This document shows, in pieces, positions 63,415-64,000 of a stretch of DNA of 64,000 nt. Numbering within the stretch: position 1 is the first letter of the stretch; each line of letters starts with the position of its first letter. The notes below the pieces were generated by a model, which searched no databases, was not told the DNA's origin, and saw only the letters and a list, made by a program, of their open reading frames with translations. The stretch lies in assembly GCF_044704955.1 (NCBI RefSeq), contig NC_091978.1, positions 209,808,001 to 209,872,000 of the forward strand. The letters run 5' to 3'. The stretch is from Pristiophorus japonicus (Eukaryota). A program made the position numbers and the translations under genes.

Positions 63415-63501
63415 ATGGCAGCAGCTCATAAAGTCATCGTGTACGGAGGAAAGGGCGCTCTGGGAACCAAATGTGTCGAGTTCTTTAAATCCAAGCACTG
63501 G
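63415..63501 (+). CDS. QDPR: Dihydropteridine reductase, first coding exon (87 nt)
   Basis: GCAATGG Kozak context; MAAAHKVIVYGGKGALGTKCVEFFKSKHW with the Rossmann YGGxGALG motif; GTATGT donor; not in the supplied ORF track. Confidence 0.95.
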
Positions 63502-63835
63502 GTATGTAGCAAATAAAAGGAACGAGTATCTCCCAGGCACACGGCAGGGTGGGGAATAATTTGTTCGGGCAGTGAAAATAATGCAGTTTATAGTTTTATG
63601 GCACAACTTGTCACTTTCCATTTGTAATCGTTAAACGTGTGACTTACTTCCGCACTAAATGCATTCCGGTTAGTGACAAGTGAAGCTATGGGTGGATGAA
63701 CAAATCGACCCATGCAGTATAATGTAGATAAATGTGAGGTCCACGTCCATGTCTTGCAAATTGTGGTGAAGTTTAATTTTCGTCAGAATCTATTTCACTA
63801 TCTCTTTACTGCTTAATAACTTTTCTCGGTTACAG

Positions 63836-63928
63836 TGGGTTACCTCCATTGATCTCACATCTAATGAAGAAGCAAATGCGAATATCATTGTGAAGATGAG
63901 CGAGTCCTTCACTGAACAGGCAGATCAG
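63836..63928 (+). CDS. QDPR: Dihydropteridine reductase, second coding exon (93 nt)
   Basis: TTACAG acceptor; [31 protein letters not shown]; GTAATA donor; phase 0-0. Confidence 0.95.
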
Positions 63929-64000
63929 GTAATACATGTTACAATAACAGTTGCTGATATATACAGGTGGAGGAGGTAATATATTATACACTACATTTTC

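Overview
Vertebrate genomic DNA, most likely a shark (cartilaginous fish), judged from the repeat repertoire; it is not prokaryotic. It contains the conserved LAP3-CLRN2-QDPR block: two internal LAP3 exons plus a candidate exon 1 (minus strand), the complete three-exon CLRN2 gene (minus, 232 aa), and QDPR coding exons 1-2 (plus, head-to-head with CLRN2). Most of the remainder is nested transposable elements: many CR1 LINEs, an L2, an RTE with a 5' inversion, a Penelope-like element with a hammerhead-like motif, Mag-type Gypsy LTR elements, a two-gene Harbinger transposon with MITE relatives, and SacSINE1-, HE1- and LF-SINE-like SINEs. A 2.1 kb purine-rich tract runs into an assembly gap, which probably hides LAP3 exons 2-5. 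I found no convincing novel multi-gene system. The best leads are the TSD-flanked 5'-inverted RTE, a chimeric Gypsy recording a deletion, the hammerhead-like motif, RE1-like promoter repeats, and a candidate LAP3 exon 1 lacking the second Met. TE family names and comparisons with human exon sizes come from recalled knowledge, not searches.
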